Assembly: GCA_028534125.1 (NCBI GenBank) | Contig: CM052816.1 | Location: forward strand, 87,732,001-87,796,000 | DNA length: 64,000 nt | From: Lama glama | Lineage: Eukaryota | Direction: 5' to 3' | In this document: in pieces, positions 48,959 to 61,567 of the stretch | Layout of the letters: each line of letters begins with the position of its first letter | Position numbering within the stretch: the stretch's first letter is position 1 | The notes under the pieces: model-generated | What the model saw: the letters and a program-made list of their open reading frames with translations, nothing else | Databases searched by the model: none | What the model was told of the DNA's origin: nothing | Program-made: the position numbers and the translations under genes

Positions 48959-51419
48959 ACCAAGTTTTTCTGCCATTATATACTTTCACTTCCCATGGAC
49001 ATGGACATTTGGGGGGAGAAAAAGCCAAAAAAGGAGTTTATATTTTTGAAGATAATTTAGCTTGGAGTCAGGCCTTTTAGAGGAGAAGTGTCTTCTTCAT
49101 GTACCTAATAGACATGACACAAATATGTTCTGTACTCTGCCTCTGTAACAGGCCCAGTTGGCATATAATTTAATGACTGCTTTCATTCCCCAACTTGAAT
49201 GTTTCTCAAATGAACTGCCATTTAAAGATCAAAATATTTCATAAAAATTCAAATACACTTGGAAGAACATATGCTGATAAAGGCCATCTGTATTTCTCCA
49301 TTAACTTTACATATTGAGAAATGTAAGAAACTTGTAAGGATGCTTCCATTTTCATTTACAGACTCTGTGTTGCATTTTACGTATTTTACTGTAGTTATCA
49401 ATTTTCTCTTTACAGTCGCTAAAATTTTTATTTGAAAATACCTGTCTATTTATCAGAGTTTCACCTAGTTCTACTTTATAATCTTTAAAAGTCTGTATTC
49501 TAGGCAAAAACTTAAATACATGGAAATTTTTTTCAGAATATGTATTTGTTCTCTACATAAATAGTTACTTTGCTAATTTAGAATTCTGTAAACCATCATC
49601 AGTAAGTAGAATTCAGTGAATCAGTTTATATGGACTACCATCAGTTTATTTATTGGCACAGCAAAGTCGCATATGAGAATCTTTCTTGATCAGTCTTATT
49701 ATTCCCATGGGGTAGACAAATAATATATTTGGTTATGTTGTAAATGAATTTTCTCTGTAAACACTTTTTCCTTTTTACAAATTCTGATGAATTCACTCCT
49801 TCTGTACCAATCAGATCCAGACCATATAATATTTTATTTGAGGGAAAAAAATAGGACAGTGATTACTTTTTTATCAATTTTTGTTTTGACTCACTTATGC
49901 ATATTCTGTTGGTGAATTATCCAGACTCATGACACTCCAGATTGTCAGTGAAGTGTTCAACATTGGCTCAAGGTGGAGTCTGCTCTTCTGCTTTTAAGAA
50001 TGTCTACCTTAGATGGGGATATACCCAGCTTGAGAAAACAGTTAATGTATCAGAGCAGAAAAGCAATGTTGCTTAGATTTTTCAATGCACTTTAACAGTA
50101 CAAAATGAGCTATAGTTAATAATATTGATCATAGGTTCACAGCCCATATTTAATGAAATATGCATTAAAATAAACAGAAGTGTTCCTGAATTTGTATAAA
50201 GTTAGAATATTTTTACAAGAAAATATACATCTTAAACAGGAACTTTCATTAGGAAAAAGCCTGCTATTATAACAATATTTTGTCTTCTGCTCATTTTGTC
50301 TATCTTCTGTATATGTCTCACATTGAAATGTAAGTAATATGAGTTTTGTATTTGTTCTGCAACTGAAGGAGAACTTGATCAATGTTTACCTGTTAACAAT
50401 AAACATAAATTTATTAATTGCTTACTGACTTGTATATGCCCATTGAGAATGGGGCACTTTCTTGGATCAATCCAAGGCTTTTTACTTGAATTAGTATGAC
50501 ACTAACCTTTTTTTTTCCCATTGTAAAATACAAAAATAGAGTAATGGGTTATAAATTGATAATATTGATAATAATTTTCCCATTCCCTCATTAAAGAGAG
50601 GGCATTTTTACATTAATTGGAATCTCTCTTTTTTACAGTCATGATGGTAATTATCATTTTATAGATTATGTTATCTTTTATTTGAAGTATTGCGTTCATA
50701 CTTAATAAGAAAGTTCTGTGAGCAGACAACTTCAAAATCTATGCTATTTCTTTGGTATGTCAGTTTTAAACTAGTTGTCAACTGTCCACCTAGGTGGAAA
50801 CACAGGTATAAGTAAACACCAGAAATCAGAAATAATTGACAGTGGCTACAAGAATAAATAGTGCACTCCTCTCATGGGAATACCCAACCTAGGCAGTTTT
50901 GTAATTCTGCTGATTTTCTCTGTTTCTGCCATTCTCACTCTTAGATTACCAGAAATAACTGTATTATCAGCTTGTCTTATTTTAAATGGCAGAAGAAATA
51001 CAAAAAATATCTATATCTATCTATATATTAATCTATCTATAGATAGGTACATATTTAAAAAGGACCTGTTCAGCAAACTCTCTCAATGTTTAGAAATTAA
51101 TTTTAAATTATCTCCACTGAAGCTTTTTTTAATTATTTTAGTTACTACTGATTTTTTCTCCACTAGAGGCAATCTTTTTTTTTTCTCATGTCATCAATCG
51201 ACATATTTGCAATCTTATTTTTCAGTTATTTGTGTATACAGTTCATGTTACCAAACCAATCATTTGGTCCTTGAGGTCTAAGGTTCCATCCCTTATTTAA
51301 AACAATATTAAAGTTGTTAAAAGTATAAAATATATACCAGGACATATGTTTGGAGTTTGGAGTTTATCATGGTTGGACACAATTTGCAATACACCTGAAA
51401 CAACAAACTAATATAAATA

Positions 51420-51600
51420 AATTAAATTTAAGACTCAGTTTTATATATATATAAATATATATATATATAGACACACACACACACACACACACGGAATAGT
51501 CCCCTACAATTGCTATGAGGATTAAAAAAATGAAAAAAATGTGGGTAAAGTGCTTGGTACAGTCAAAAATAATAATTATATTTAAGTAGTCATTATTAAT
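51420..51600 (+). mobile_element. MIR containing a (TA)n(CA)n microsatellite
   Basis: ctcagtttt[microsatellite]…ttgctatgaggattaaa…gtaaagtgcttggtacagt…cattatt. Confidence 0.55.
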
Positions 51601-52626
51601 TTTCTTATTTTATTTTCTTAAATATTATTATCTCTTGATATAAATATTTAATAACTGTTAATAAATAAATTGTGTATATATTTGCCAATATAGATGATAC
51701 TTTTTAATAAATAAATACCATGTGCTTACAGCAAGGAAAAATGGATGACTTTAACATTTGGGACCAATTTTTCAAGAAATCATATGGCTTAATTTTAAGT
51801 GAGCCATTTAATAATAGCAGATGATGACCTGAAGGCATAGTTCGGCTGGAGACAGCAAAACAAGGAGATGGGAAATGGATTGCAGAATATGTGGAGAGCT
51901 GGAGTTATATAGTGAGAGACTGGTTCATAAAAATAAGAATAAAGACAGATGGCCAGTGATAAAATGGTCAAAAGAATTTTAACCACTAACAAATCTAGTA
52001 TTTAATTTTGACTTGTTTGTTTTCTCACATATAACTTCATCACCTACTACATGGCAAACAAGAATGTTTTTCATCTGTTTGTTTGGAAGCTCTAGCTCAG
52101 TGGAGTTGAATGGATAAAAACCATGTGTCAGTGATAAGACAGAGATGAAAGTGAGATTGGGAGCTCAGCAGTTGCTGTGATTCAGAAACATGAGTGACCG
52201 TGAACACTGATCAGTCTGAGGATTTATAAACATGTTGTAGAGGCCCTCCTGAGCTACTCAGAAAATGAGATAGGAGCTTCAAGACAGTTCCATTTACATC
52301 CCAAGGACAGTGTGAGTTTGGTCCACATTCAGGTTATATACCATTGTAAAGGAAATCATAAACGTATTTTAAAATGACAACTTGTTGACTTTGAATTCAG
52401 GTAAGCGGTATAATGAAACATGTGTTCATCAAAATGTTATTTGAGTTGTCTTTTTCTGACTTACAGTGTCATGAAGTTTTCAGACCTGTGTGGTTTCATC
52501 AGCCTTTACTATGGGCTTTCATATTTAGGCAATATTACTACTCTCCCACATAAACAACATAAATAGATTGTCTTGATTTTACTAGGCTTAAAACAAATAT
52601 ATTCTTGAATATGCCTTTTGTTTATT

Positions 52627-52839
52627 CAGTTAACCCTTGAATGAGGAGGGGGTTATGAAGTGCCTAATCTCCCCAAAGTCTAAAATTCACCTACAAGTTT
52701 AAAGTCAGCCCTCTGTTTCTGAGGGTCTGCATCAGGAGAGTCAAACAACCTCGGATCACATAAAACTGCGATACTTATTTAGTAAAAGAAATCTGTGTAT
52801 AAGTGGATAGACAAACCTATGTTGTTCAAGGGTCACCTG
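52627..52839 (+). mobile_element. Tigger-family MITE (second copy, more diverged)
   Basis: TIRs CAGTTAACCCTTGAA…TTGTTCAAGGGTCACCTG. Internal sequence is colinear with the copy at 32985. Confidence 0.8.
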
Positions 52840-53869
52840 AATACATTCATTCTTAGGCTTTGGGCGGGAATGTTTTCCCACTTGACCATGCTGAAAAAGT
52901 ACATTGAACCATTCTGGTTGCTTTTGTTTTATATTTGGTTAATTTAATATTAAAAGAATGATCAATGGTTTGCTTACTTAACAGGATATTCTTAGTACTC
53001 TAGTAGTGTGATATGTGGACTGATCATCTGTTTAATAGGGTAACCCTCTCCGGAGATTATTCCTGTATCCTTACATAAAGATATTCATCATTTTCTCATT
53101 TAGTCATAGGGGATTGTGGTTCCTTTTAAACTCTGACGTTGTGCACGTGTATGTTTATGTGTGTGTGTGTGTGTGTGTATACAGGATTAGTGTCTCTTGT
53201 TTGGTCCACACCCATACCCGTAGATGCCACCCTGAAGAATTCAACGAGGTGTCAAAGAATGTCAGGATTGTGGAAGATTGGGCACTGGATAATGTTCTGG
53301 ATAAAACCAGGAACCAGGATTCTCTTTCTTACCACAGCTTTTTCCAAACATTTACATAAGAGAGCCAGTTCATTTAAAAAGATACCACTATATTTTCATT
53401 TTAAAAGATACCAAATACAGTTTAAAAAAAGATAATATCTTTTTAAATAAAAATCTTGGGTGGATACAAATATTTAATCTGTAAAGTTTACATAAAAAGC
53501 AATCAACAACTTAACCAACATTTATTATCCTTTAATTGCTTTTCATAGGACTTCAGAATGTTAGGACTGTTTCTAGGTGACAATTTCAGTTCACTAAAAA
53601 TAAGGTATATTCTGATTTCCAGCCAGAGCACACTTAAGAGCATTATTAATGTATAATGAGAGAATCCTCCACTGGCAGTTAATTACTCATAATAAGGAAA
53701 ATATTACCATGTTATTTCTATTTCAAAATGCAGATATGCTTAGTAACGAAAGCCATTATGATGTCCGAATGGAGTGGATATCTAAGATCATTTACATCAA
53801 TGAAATTCATCGTACTCAGAATGAATGCATGGCTATAAATCATTGCTCTCTTTACAGGGTTACATAGTT

Positions 53870-54110
53870 ATGGAAGACAGCGTGGTTCATGGATTGAGTC
53901 AGGACAATTAGACTGAGATTTCTATGGTGTGAGTTCCAGCTCTGTTAGAACTTGGAAGGCCTCAGTCGATTCAGTTAAATTTCCATGGCTTTGGCCTCTC
54001 CCTTTGTAAAATGGTGATGTTATTATTAACCTTGGTGATTAAAAAAAAAAAATCAAAGAAATAATGCAAGTGAAAACTGTTTGAAAATTATGAAACATTC
54101 CATAGATGAT
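53870..54110 (+). mobile_element. MIR (MIR3/MIRc-like)
   Basis: gagttccagctctg…ctttgtaaaatggtgatgttatt…aaataatgcaagtgaaaactgtttgaaaatt. Confidence 0.55.
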
Positions 54111-54821
54111 ACTTGTTTTATTTAGGACTGTGAAACAGTGTGTGCAGATTAAGGCGTTTTTAAATACCTTTAGTGAGTATCTATAGGCATCTCTTTCTTC
54201 TTATCACTTAAAAAATAGTCTTCCCAAGGTAATTCATTTGACAGTGCTCCCTTGGGAGCTGGCTCTAACCAGTGCTATGAAATATGGGTACTAGTCAACT
54301 CTTTCACTACTCCTTTCGTGGTAAAACTCGCCTATGTCCTGGATGTCCCTGTCCGATTAGATGTTGACATCCAGGCATCTTCAGATAATTTTGTTTATTT
54401 CCAGGACTAACAGCTGGAACAGAAAAGCTGTTCTGCTGTCAGGAGTTTTCTCCTAAATTTATTTGTGCTTTCTGAAAGAGTTTGTTATATTCTATTTGGG
54501 TGCTCAAATATTTAGATGTAGCAGATAGCAATTTTCCCAAATTACTGACTCCAAACTTTCTTTTCTGGCCAGCAGTGCTAGTGATGGTGGTGATGTTGGT
54601 AAGGTGTGGAGAGGCAGTGTAAGGGGAGGAATGGCCAGGGACAATTTATCCCCTTCAGTCTTTTGACCACACCCAGCTGTCTGGGTCTCTGGTGCTTATA
54701 TACTGAAAAATTGTTTTCCTGCCTTATTTGCCAAGCCCATTGCCATTTTTTTTTCCTCTCTAAAAGAGATTCCTATAAATGTCCCAATTTTGCCTTTGAT
54801 AATCTGATAGCAACTATTCTA

Positions 54822-55921
54822 TTTTTTTATACATTTTTTATTGAAGCAAAGTTGATTTACAATGTTAGTTTCAGGTGTACAGCAAAGTGATTCAGTTATA
54901 CATATACATACATTTTTTTTCTTTTCAAGTTATTTTCCATTATATATTATTATAAGAAATTGAATATGGTTCCCATGTTATAGAATAAGTCCTATTGTTT
55001 ATCGTTTTTATATATAGTAATGTGTGTCTATTAATTTCCAACCATTCATTTATCCCTCCCCACCCTTTTCCCCTTTGGTAATCATAGTTTGTTTTCTAAT
55101 GCCATTTGGAGCAACATGGATGGACCTAGAGATTATCATATTGAGTGAAGTTAAGTCTGACAGAGAAAGACAAATGTCATGTGATATCAGTGCAGGAAAA
55201 ATAGATGTGGGGTGTGAGGAGGGCTGTGTCCCAGGCTTCGGTTGAGCCCTTGGGACATGCCCCCACTAAGTGTGGGTCCTTGATTTCATGCAGGAAAGAA
55301 CTCAAGAGCGAGCCACAGTTGAGTAGAGGTAGATTTATTCAGAGAGATACATTGAAAGGCAAGAGAAAGGCCATGAGGTGTGGGGATTGGGTGTTCAGAT
55401 TAAAAGTAGGTACACACTCCATAGACAGAGTGCAGGCCATCTTCAAAGATGGGGAGAGAGAGGGCAGCTGCCACCAGGAGACACCGTGTTGCCAGTTTTC
55501 ACGGGCTTAGCGGCTTCATATGCTAGGAAGTGGAAGGACCAGTCTAACTAGCCTGGGGAAGGGCTGGAACTCCCAGGAAGTTGGCCATTTCCCACTTTTT
55601 GACCTTTTGTGGCTAGCCTTGGGACTGTTATGGCGCCTGTGGGTGTGTTATTCACCATGTTAGTATATTACAGTGGGGTATAATGAAGCTCAAGTTTTAC
55701 TAGAAGTTAAATCTCCCACTATCTGGAGCCTCAAGGCCTACTAGGGGTTGAATCTTTAACCATTTTAATGTTAATTGGTGTAGCATTCTTTGAATGACTG
55801 TGCCCTCCTTCCTTCCTGTCTCACTATTACTTATATGTGGAATCTAAAAAATAACAAAAAAGATACAAATCCTATTTGCAGACCAAGAACAGACTCACAG
55901 ACATAGAAAACAAACTATGAT
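54822..55921 (-). mobile_element. Short 5'-inverted (twin-primed) L1, later split by an LTR
   Basis: Minus-strand tail 54822-55098. The plus-strand inverted part is 55097-55190 plus 55824-55921 (ORF2 end MPFGATWMDLEIIILSEV). TSD AACTATTCTA at 54812-54821 and 55925-55934. Confidence 0.85.
55191..55823 (-). mobile_element. Relatively young, GC-rich ERV1-type solo LTR (probably camelid-lineage)
   Basis: TG…CA termini and minus-strand AATAAA at 55334-55339. It interrupts the L1 sequence gatatca|…|cttatatgtggaatc. Confidence 0.75.
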
Positions 55922-56696
55922 GAGAACTATTCTACACTCTTGAATCCAGGAACTTGGTTCTCTCTCACATAAAGTTCCCTTCAGAGGACATGGCTTTCCA
56001 GGACTTAAATGTGAATTTTATCACTTCCCAAAGGAACTTGCTTATTACTTTCTCCTTTGTGTTGGTGGCAGCCCATGAAAGAAAGGCTTCAGCACCTGTA
56101 ACGTTTTCACCATTCACAGTTGCATTTCTTCTTAAGTTAGTTCTGTCCTATTCAAGCAGTCCATTTAAAATCTACACACCCAGGATTGTAGACATGTGAT
56201 GCATTATCCTTCTCAGAAATATCTGTAGTTTAAATGTGTCACTCATATAGGTTGATTTTCCATAAGTAAAACTTTTCCTAAACATTTGGTGTAGAAAAAT
56301 TGGAGGAGTGAAATAAGCAAAATTGGTAGACTAAATACAGAAAATACTGATCAAGTTCTTGGAGTCTGTACTTCAGAGACTTTCAGTTTGCATATATGAA
56401 TGTGTTTTCTTAAAATAATAATGAGTTCTAATAGTATCCACAATTTTGAACTTTATGGTTAGTAATGTGTAACATGTATGGATTTAAAATATTTATTAAA
56501 TAAAAAATGTTCATTTTAAAAGTGGAATAAATCCCACTGTTCAGATACATCATAATATTTTTGACCAATTCCGTAATTTGGGACACTTTGGGACTATCTA
56601 GCTATTTTGCTCTTATAAGATCATGTCTTTGTTTCCATAAGTTAAATTGTTACAGAAAACCATTAGAGTAAGTATGTCCTAAGAGTAGTTAAAGTA

Positions 56697-56828
56697 GGGT
56701 CTTTGGGCAGATTTCAGAGGGTCCATTCACTCCCCGTAATTACATGGAAAATGTTTGTGTCTACACATAGGTAATTTATTCCTGGACAGAAATTCCATAT
56801 TCTATCAAATTTTCAAAGATTTTTAAAA
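56697..56828. mobile_element. hAT-Charlie MITE fragment (MER103-like)
   Basis: gatttcagagggtccattcactcccc…tggaaaatgtttgtgt…ccatattctatcaaattttcaaag. Confidence 0.45.
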
Positions 56829-58318
56829 TGAATTATGTGGTTTTATTTTTCTTGACAGGGCATCTCATTGGTATAATATGTATATAAATGCTGTCGGGAA
56901 CACCAAGAGTGTGTAAAGCTTTTGATGACTAGAACAACATTTATTTTACAACTGTGTCATGGTACTTCAGAATCATCCCACAAACTTCATCCCTCGAAAA
57001 AGCATAAATGCGAAGCTGTTTGATACCCAACTTTGGCAATACGACTACATAATGTGTGTTCTGTGGTTTGCAGGACTTTATGTTGAGTTATTACAATCAC
57101 TATTTTCCCTGATTTAGTCCTGATCTTCATTTTAATCCTCAGTAAACTAACTGTCTTACTAGCTTTTAAACTAAAAAGTCTAACTTAACAGTTTTCAAAT
57201 GTCTATCTCCAAACAGTTCCAGTTGCATTTAGTATCATACCCAGATGTCAGAGAGGATAAGAGGTCCGCATTGTTCTCCTACAGATCACGCAACTATTTC
57301 ACAAAGAGCTCCACCTCTAGTGTTTCTATTAATCGTGAACAGAGAAGCAGATGGCAAACTGATTCTCTTCTGTGACATACCAACCATTTATAGTATCCAG
57401 AACTTGATTTTATTTCCCAGCTCTCAGTGAAGAAGTCTGTGGGCACGATTTATAACATTGTCTTCTCTCCTCTATTTTCTCTCTCATTGGTATTCTTTAC
57501 AGGGTTCATAAACTCAGCAAGTCAGCAGGATAATCCTGTCAGATTTCAACTTTTTTTCTCTGTAATTCTATTGATGCCAGAAAGCAACTTCTACAGTCTA
57601 GGGTTTTTTTCTTTTTCTTTCTTTCTTTCCTTTCCTCTTATTTTGTTTTACAATTTTCAGCATCACTGTGTCTCTAACACCAGGCAGCATATAAGAAGAA
57701 AAAAGGGTCAGAAAGATGAAAGGAAAAAATGATAAGCAACTATTAACACAAACTATTGAGTAACAAAAGAAAAGACTAGTAGATAAGAATGGATTTAATT
57801 TTTATTAATCTTAGAGGGAGAGCTAGATAATGGAGGAAAAAAAATCTTCTAGGTTTCCAAATACAAGGACATGGCTAAAAGTATGATCCCAAACATCTTA
57901 CAGGGCTTTAAATAGCAAATATTTTCATGAACTTGATTTTTAAAATATGTTTTTACTTGTAAAATTGGAAAGTAAAAAACTGACATCTAAAATAAAATTT
58001 GATATGGTGGTAGAATAAAACATAGTCTATTTCATTCAAAGAATTAATTACCTTTACCTCCCAAATGAAATGTTTGTTATTTTTCTCTGCAATTAGTACT
58101 ATCTAGGACACTGAATCTGGTAGGAAGGAAAGATACAATCTGTCAAAACAATCTAGAACCTTTCATTTCTACCATGACTATGTATAAATGGCAAAACTCT
58201 AATTTGAACATATTCTTTAAAGTAACTTATACATGTTAAATTCAATAGGGGAAATATTTTAAAATAATAAATATTAAGAAGTTATTGATATTTTAGCTTT
58301 CCCAATTTATGCTAGAAC

Positions 58319-58550
58319 TGTTGTTGAACCCAAGTTCATGTTCTGGATGCACAGTGAAGTCAAGCAAACCAAAGCGAAAGAGAACTCGTGGCTTATGCTC
58401 AAAAGACAGGAACTCCAGGATGGGTTTTCAGGGAAGAGTTTCTAAAGGCAAATATGAGAGGAGGGGTGCAGGTTATATGACCTTCTTCAGATTGGTTGGT
58501 GGTGAAGTAACAGAGTGGTATTCCAAAAAGCTCAGTCATCACCTTTTGAT
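58319..58550 (-). mobile_element. Truncated cetartiodactyl ERV1 LTR
   Basis: TGTTGTTGAACCCAAGTTCATG…gcacagtga…gctcaaaagac…ttttcagggaagagttt…gattggttggtggtgaagtaacag. Confidence 0.65.
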
Positions 58551-60157
58551 TTTATTTCTGCTAAGCCAACTTGCTGTTTGAGAAAACCGCATGCTTAGCT
58601 AATTCAGTTGAGTTCATTGACTGGGCAAAACCACCATTTTTGGTTCACTTCTTCATCACTGCTCAAAGCACAACTTCAGACTATCCCCATTTCTTCTTTT
58701 TCCTTTGCTTCCATTGTCTATCAATCTTACATAACTAAAGACCTGTCCTTATTTATTTCTGTCTTTGTTGTTTTGTGTTTTTCTTCATTCAAACAAATCA
58801 CAATATAATCTTGGGAAGTTCCAATATGATAGAACACAGTAATACTTCTGGGAAGTTTTATTGCCACTGAGATTCTCTAACTACTTGGACATAATATACC
58901 TTTATGTTAGCAGATGAAAATGATTGAAGCCAAAACATCATCCTATAAAGCCAGACTCTTTGCCTAAACTCCGTTGTCTTGAACTTGGTACTAAAAATTT
59001 GTTTAGCATCTAATAGGCAAACCTTCTTTTGTGACTATCGGTAATAGCCTTCAGAAGCTATGATACTACCCTATAAAACCCAGTCCTCTTCTGTCTAGAT
59101 TTTCTCACCATTGCCTATAAACATAAAACTTAAAGTAACTTAAGTGAGTGATTAAATAATAATAAATTGGATTTAAATTACATTTTAAAATTAATCCACA
59201 GTATTTTGACTATCTTGACTGCATGAATAGCCACTTGTCTGACTGCATTTTGATAGTCTAAGTATTACAACTGTGAATGCTTATCAATAAATGTATAAAG
59301 AAAGATGGGAGAATATTTACCAAGCAGTATTTTACAAATAAAAATGAATATTATTTTTTCCAAGGTTCCTTAGTAAATAAGGTCCCATTATATAATATTC
59401 AGTTGGACACTGGATAAACCTTGTAAAGATGCATGGCTCCTGAATAAAAATGTGCAACTAAGCTATCTTATGATATTAAAATTAAAAAGAAAAAAGGAAA
59501 GAGAAAAGTAACCCCTTCCTTCTTTCCTTCAATACTTTCTACTGCTCATGAGTTTAATTCCTAGTACATTTGTCAATTCTATTCTAACTGTGTAGTTCCA
59601 GTCTGACATACCTTTCAATAAAAGTAATGAGATTATTTTTGTGCATAAATATAATAGGTCAAAATCTTTTTAAAACTGTTCTAACTTCAATCTTTAAGAA
59701 TAATATTGATCAATAACTATCTTTGTCAATCTATAAATTTAAGTCTCTTATTGTGGTACTTGTGATTTACAAAATTTATTGAATAGAAACATCAACTTCC
59801 TAGTAAATCAAGTGTCTAGAATCATAGAGTTTGCTATTTTCTGTGCATTTTTCAGCAGCTGTTGAAATTACACATTTAAACTGAGTTAACCGAGTAGCTC
59901 TATTTATTTGAACTAAGTTAATTGAGAGCTTACAAAGTATAAATTATATAAATGGTAAATATACTCATATGTTTAAAAAATAATACTAAGAGCCCTTGCT
60001 CTTAAGTTCACAGTATAGAACTGTGCACACACTTATTTGTTCATTTAGTCGATCTTCTAGTGAGCTCCTGGTTTACAAATTCTTTGAAGATTAGCTGGAC
60101 AAAGTCTATAGTGAGAAGAGATTCTAAAATAATTACATGCAAGTGAAAATACAAAGC

Positions 60158-60276
60158 TAAACAACAAGATCCTACTGTGTAGTACAGGGAACTATACTCA
60201 ATATCTTGTAATAACCTATAATGAAAAGTATATGGAATAGAATATATGTGTATGTGTGTGTGTGTGTGTGTGTGTA

Positions 60277-60311
<35 letters not shown>

Positions 60312-60401
60312 GTGTGTGTGTGTGTATATAACTGAATCGCAATGTTGTACACCAGAAACTAACACACCATTGTAAATTGACTGTTCTTCAATTAAAAAAA
60401 A
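60158..60401 (+). mobile_element. L1 3' tail with an internal expanded (TG)n(TA)n(TG)n microsatellite
   Basis: aaacaacaagatcctactgtgtagtacagggaactat…[microsatellite]…aactgaatcgc…acaccagaaactaacac…ttcaattaaaaaaaa. Confidence 0.88.
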
Positions 60402-60424
60402 GTGATCTTAAAAGAATGAACTTT

Positions 60425-60770
60425 TCATACAGTGGAATACCGCTCAGCAATACAAAGGAACAATCTACTGATAAACACAATAGTGTGGATTAATCTTCAA
60501 CATACTACACTGAGGTGAAAGAAGCCAAAGGAACTCTGTACAAAAGAGTACCTATTGCATGATCCCATTTATATGAAGTTCTAGAATAAGCAAATCCATG
60601 TTGAAATAGATCAGAACAACAGTGAGAAATTGACTGGAAAGTGGCAGAGGGACATCTTTTGAGGTGATGATTTTGCTCTCCATCTTGACAGGGATGTTGG
60701 GTTCCATCAATATGCGCATTTGCCAGATCTCCTGGAATTAAGATCAGTGCCATTCATGTATATGCCTTAA
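60425..60770 (+). mobile_element. Old L1 (L1MD/L1ME-type) 3' UTR
   Basis: catacagtggaataccgctcagcaat…gtgaaagaagcc…gatcccatttatatgaagttctagaa…ttttgaggtgatg…catcttgacagg. Confidence 0.75.
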
Positions 60771-61239
60771 TATTAAAGGTAATAAAATTTACAAATTCAG
60801 TGTGAAGAAAAAAGAAAAAAAGAGAAAGAAAATGCAAAGGTTTAGGAAAGCAATGAGCATATTCGGGGATGAGTAAACCATTAATCTTGTCTGATGCAAT
60901 AGGAACAGAGTGACAGGTAGAGAGAACCACAGTTGAGAAGTCCCTTGAAAGCCAGGCTAAGAAGTCATGTTGACGTCATCTTGATCTGGGAGAGCAGGAA
61001 ATTCAAACTATGTGAAAGAATCATATTCACTGAATAAAGTGTAATTTTAAAAATGTAACCAAAGGAATAAACACAATAAACAAAATTGGAATGTGAATAA
61101 GGCAAAATAGAGAAAAAGAAACTGTAATTTCAGATTGATAGAGATTCAAGTATAAAGCTTTACCCCATTAATAAAAGATTATGTTTCTTTGAATCTAGTA
61201 GTGCCTTTACACAGTGATCCAGTCCAGAGGAGAGAAACT

Positions 61240-61567
61240 AGCATTTATTGACTGCCTGCTGTTTACCTGGCCCTATGCCAACCATACTCCTTGCATTGCC
61301 ATCACTGAGATATAAGGTCCAGGGCACATCTGGGTATTGCTGAATTCTGTGTCACTGATGAGTGCCTAGCATAACGGACATCCCATGTGTATCTTTTAAG
61401 TAAGTGAATTAATTTATCCATATAGTATCCTGCTAGTGTGATACTGTTAGTACATTTTTCAGATGAGAAAACTGAAGCTGACCACTCAGGGTAATACAGT
61501 GAGCAAATCACAGAGTAATGATTTGATTCCAAACATCCTTGCTTTCAAGTATAAAATGCTGTTTCTC
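61240..61567 (-). mobile_element. MIR interrupted by a plus-strand L2 3' end (about 61306-61411)
   Basis: gcatttattgactgcc… and …catttttcagatgagaaaactgaagct… flank …agtgcctagcat…gtgaattaa. Confidence 0.55.

Noticed and set aside
50762..50798. Run of short palindromes including the perfect 14-mer TCCACCTAGGTGGA
   Set aside because: Several 14-bp palindromes are expected by chance in 64 kb (64000/4^7 is about 4), and it is only a partial CTCF match.
53114..53435. Two overlapping plus-strand ORFs after a (TG)n tract with a possible acceptor
   Set aside because: No convincing donor and no recognisable peptide. The ORF starts are generated by the TG repeat.
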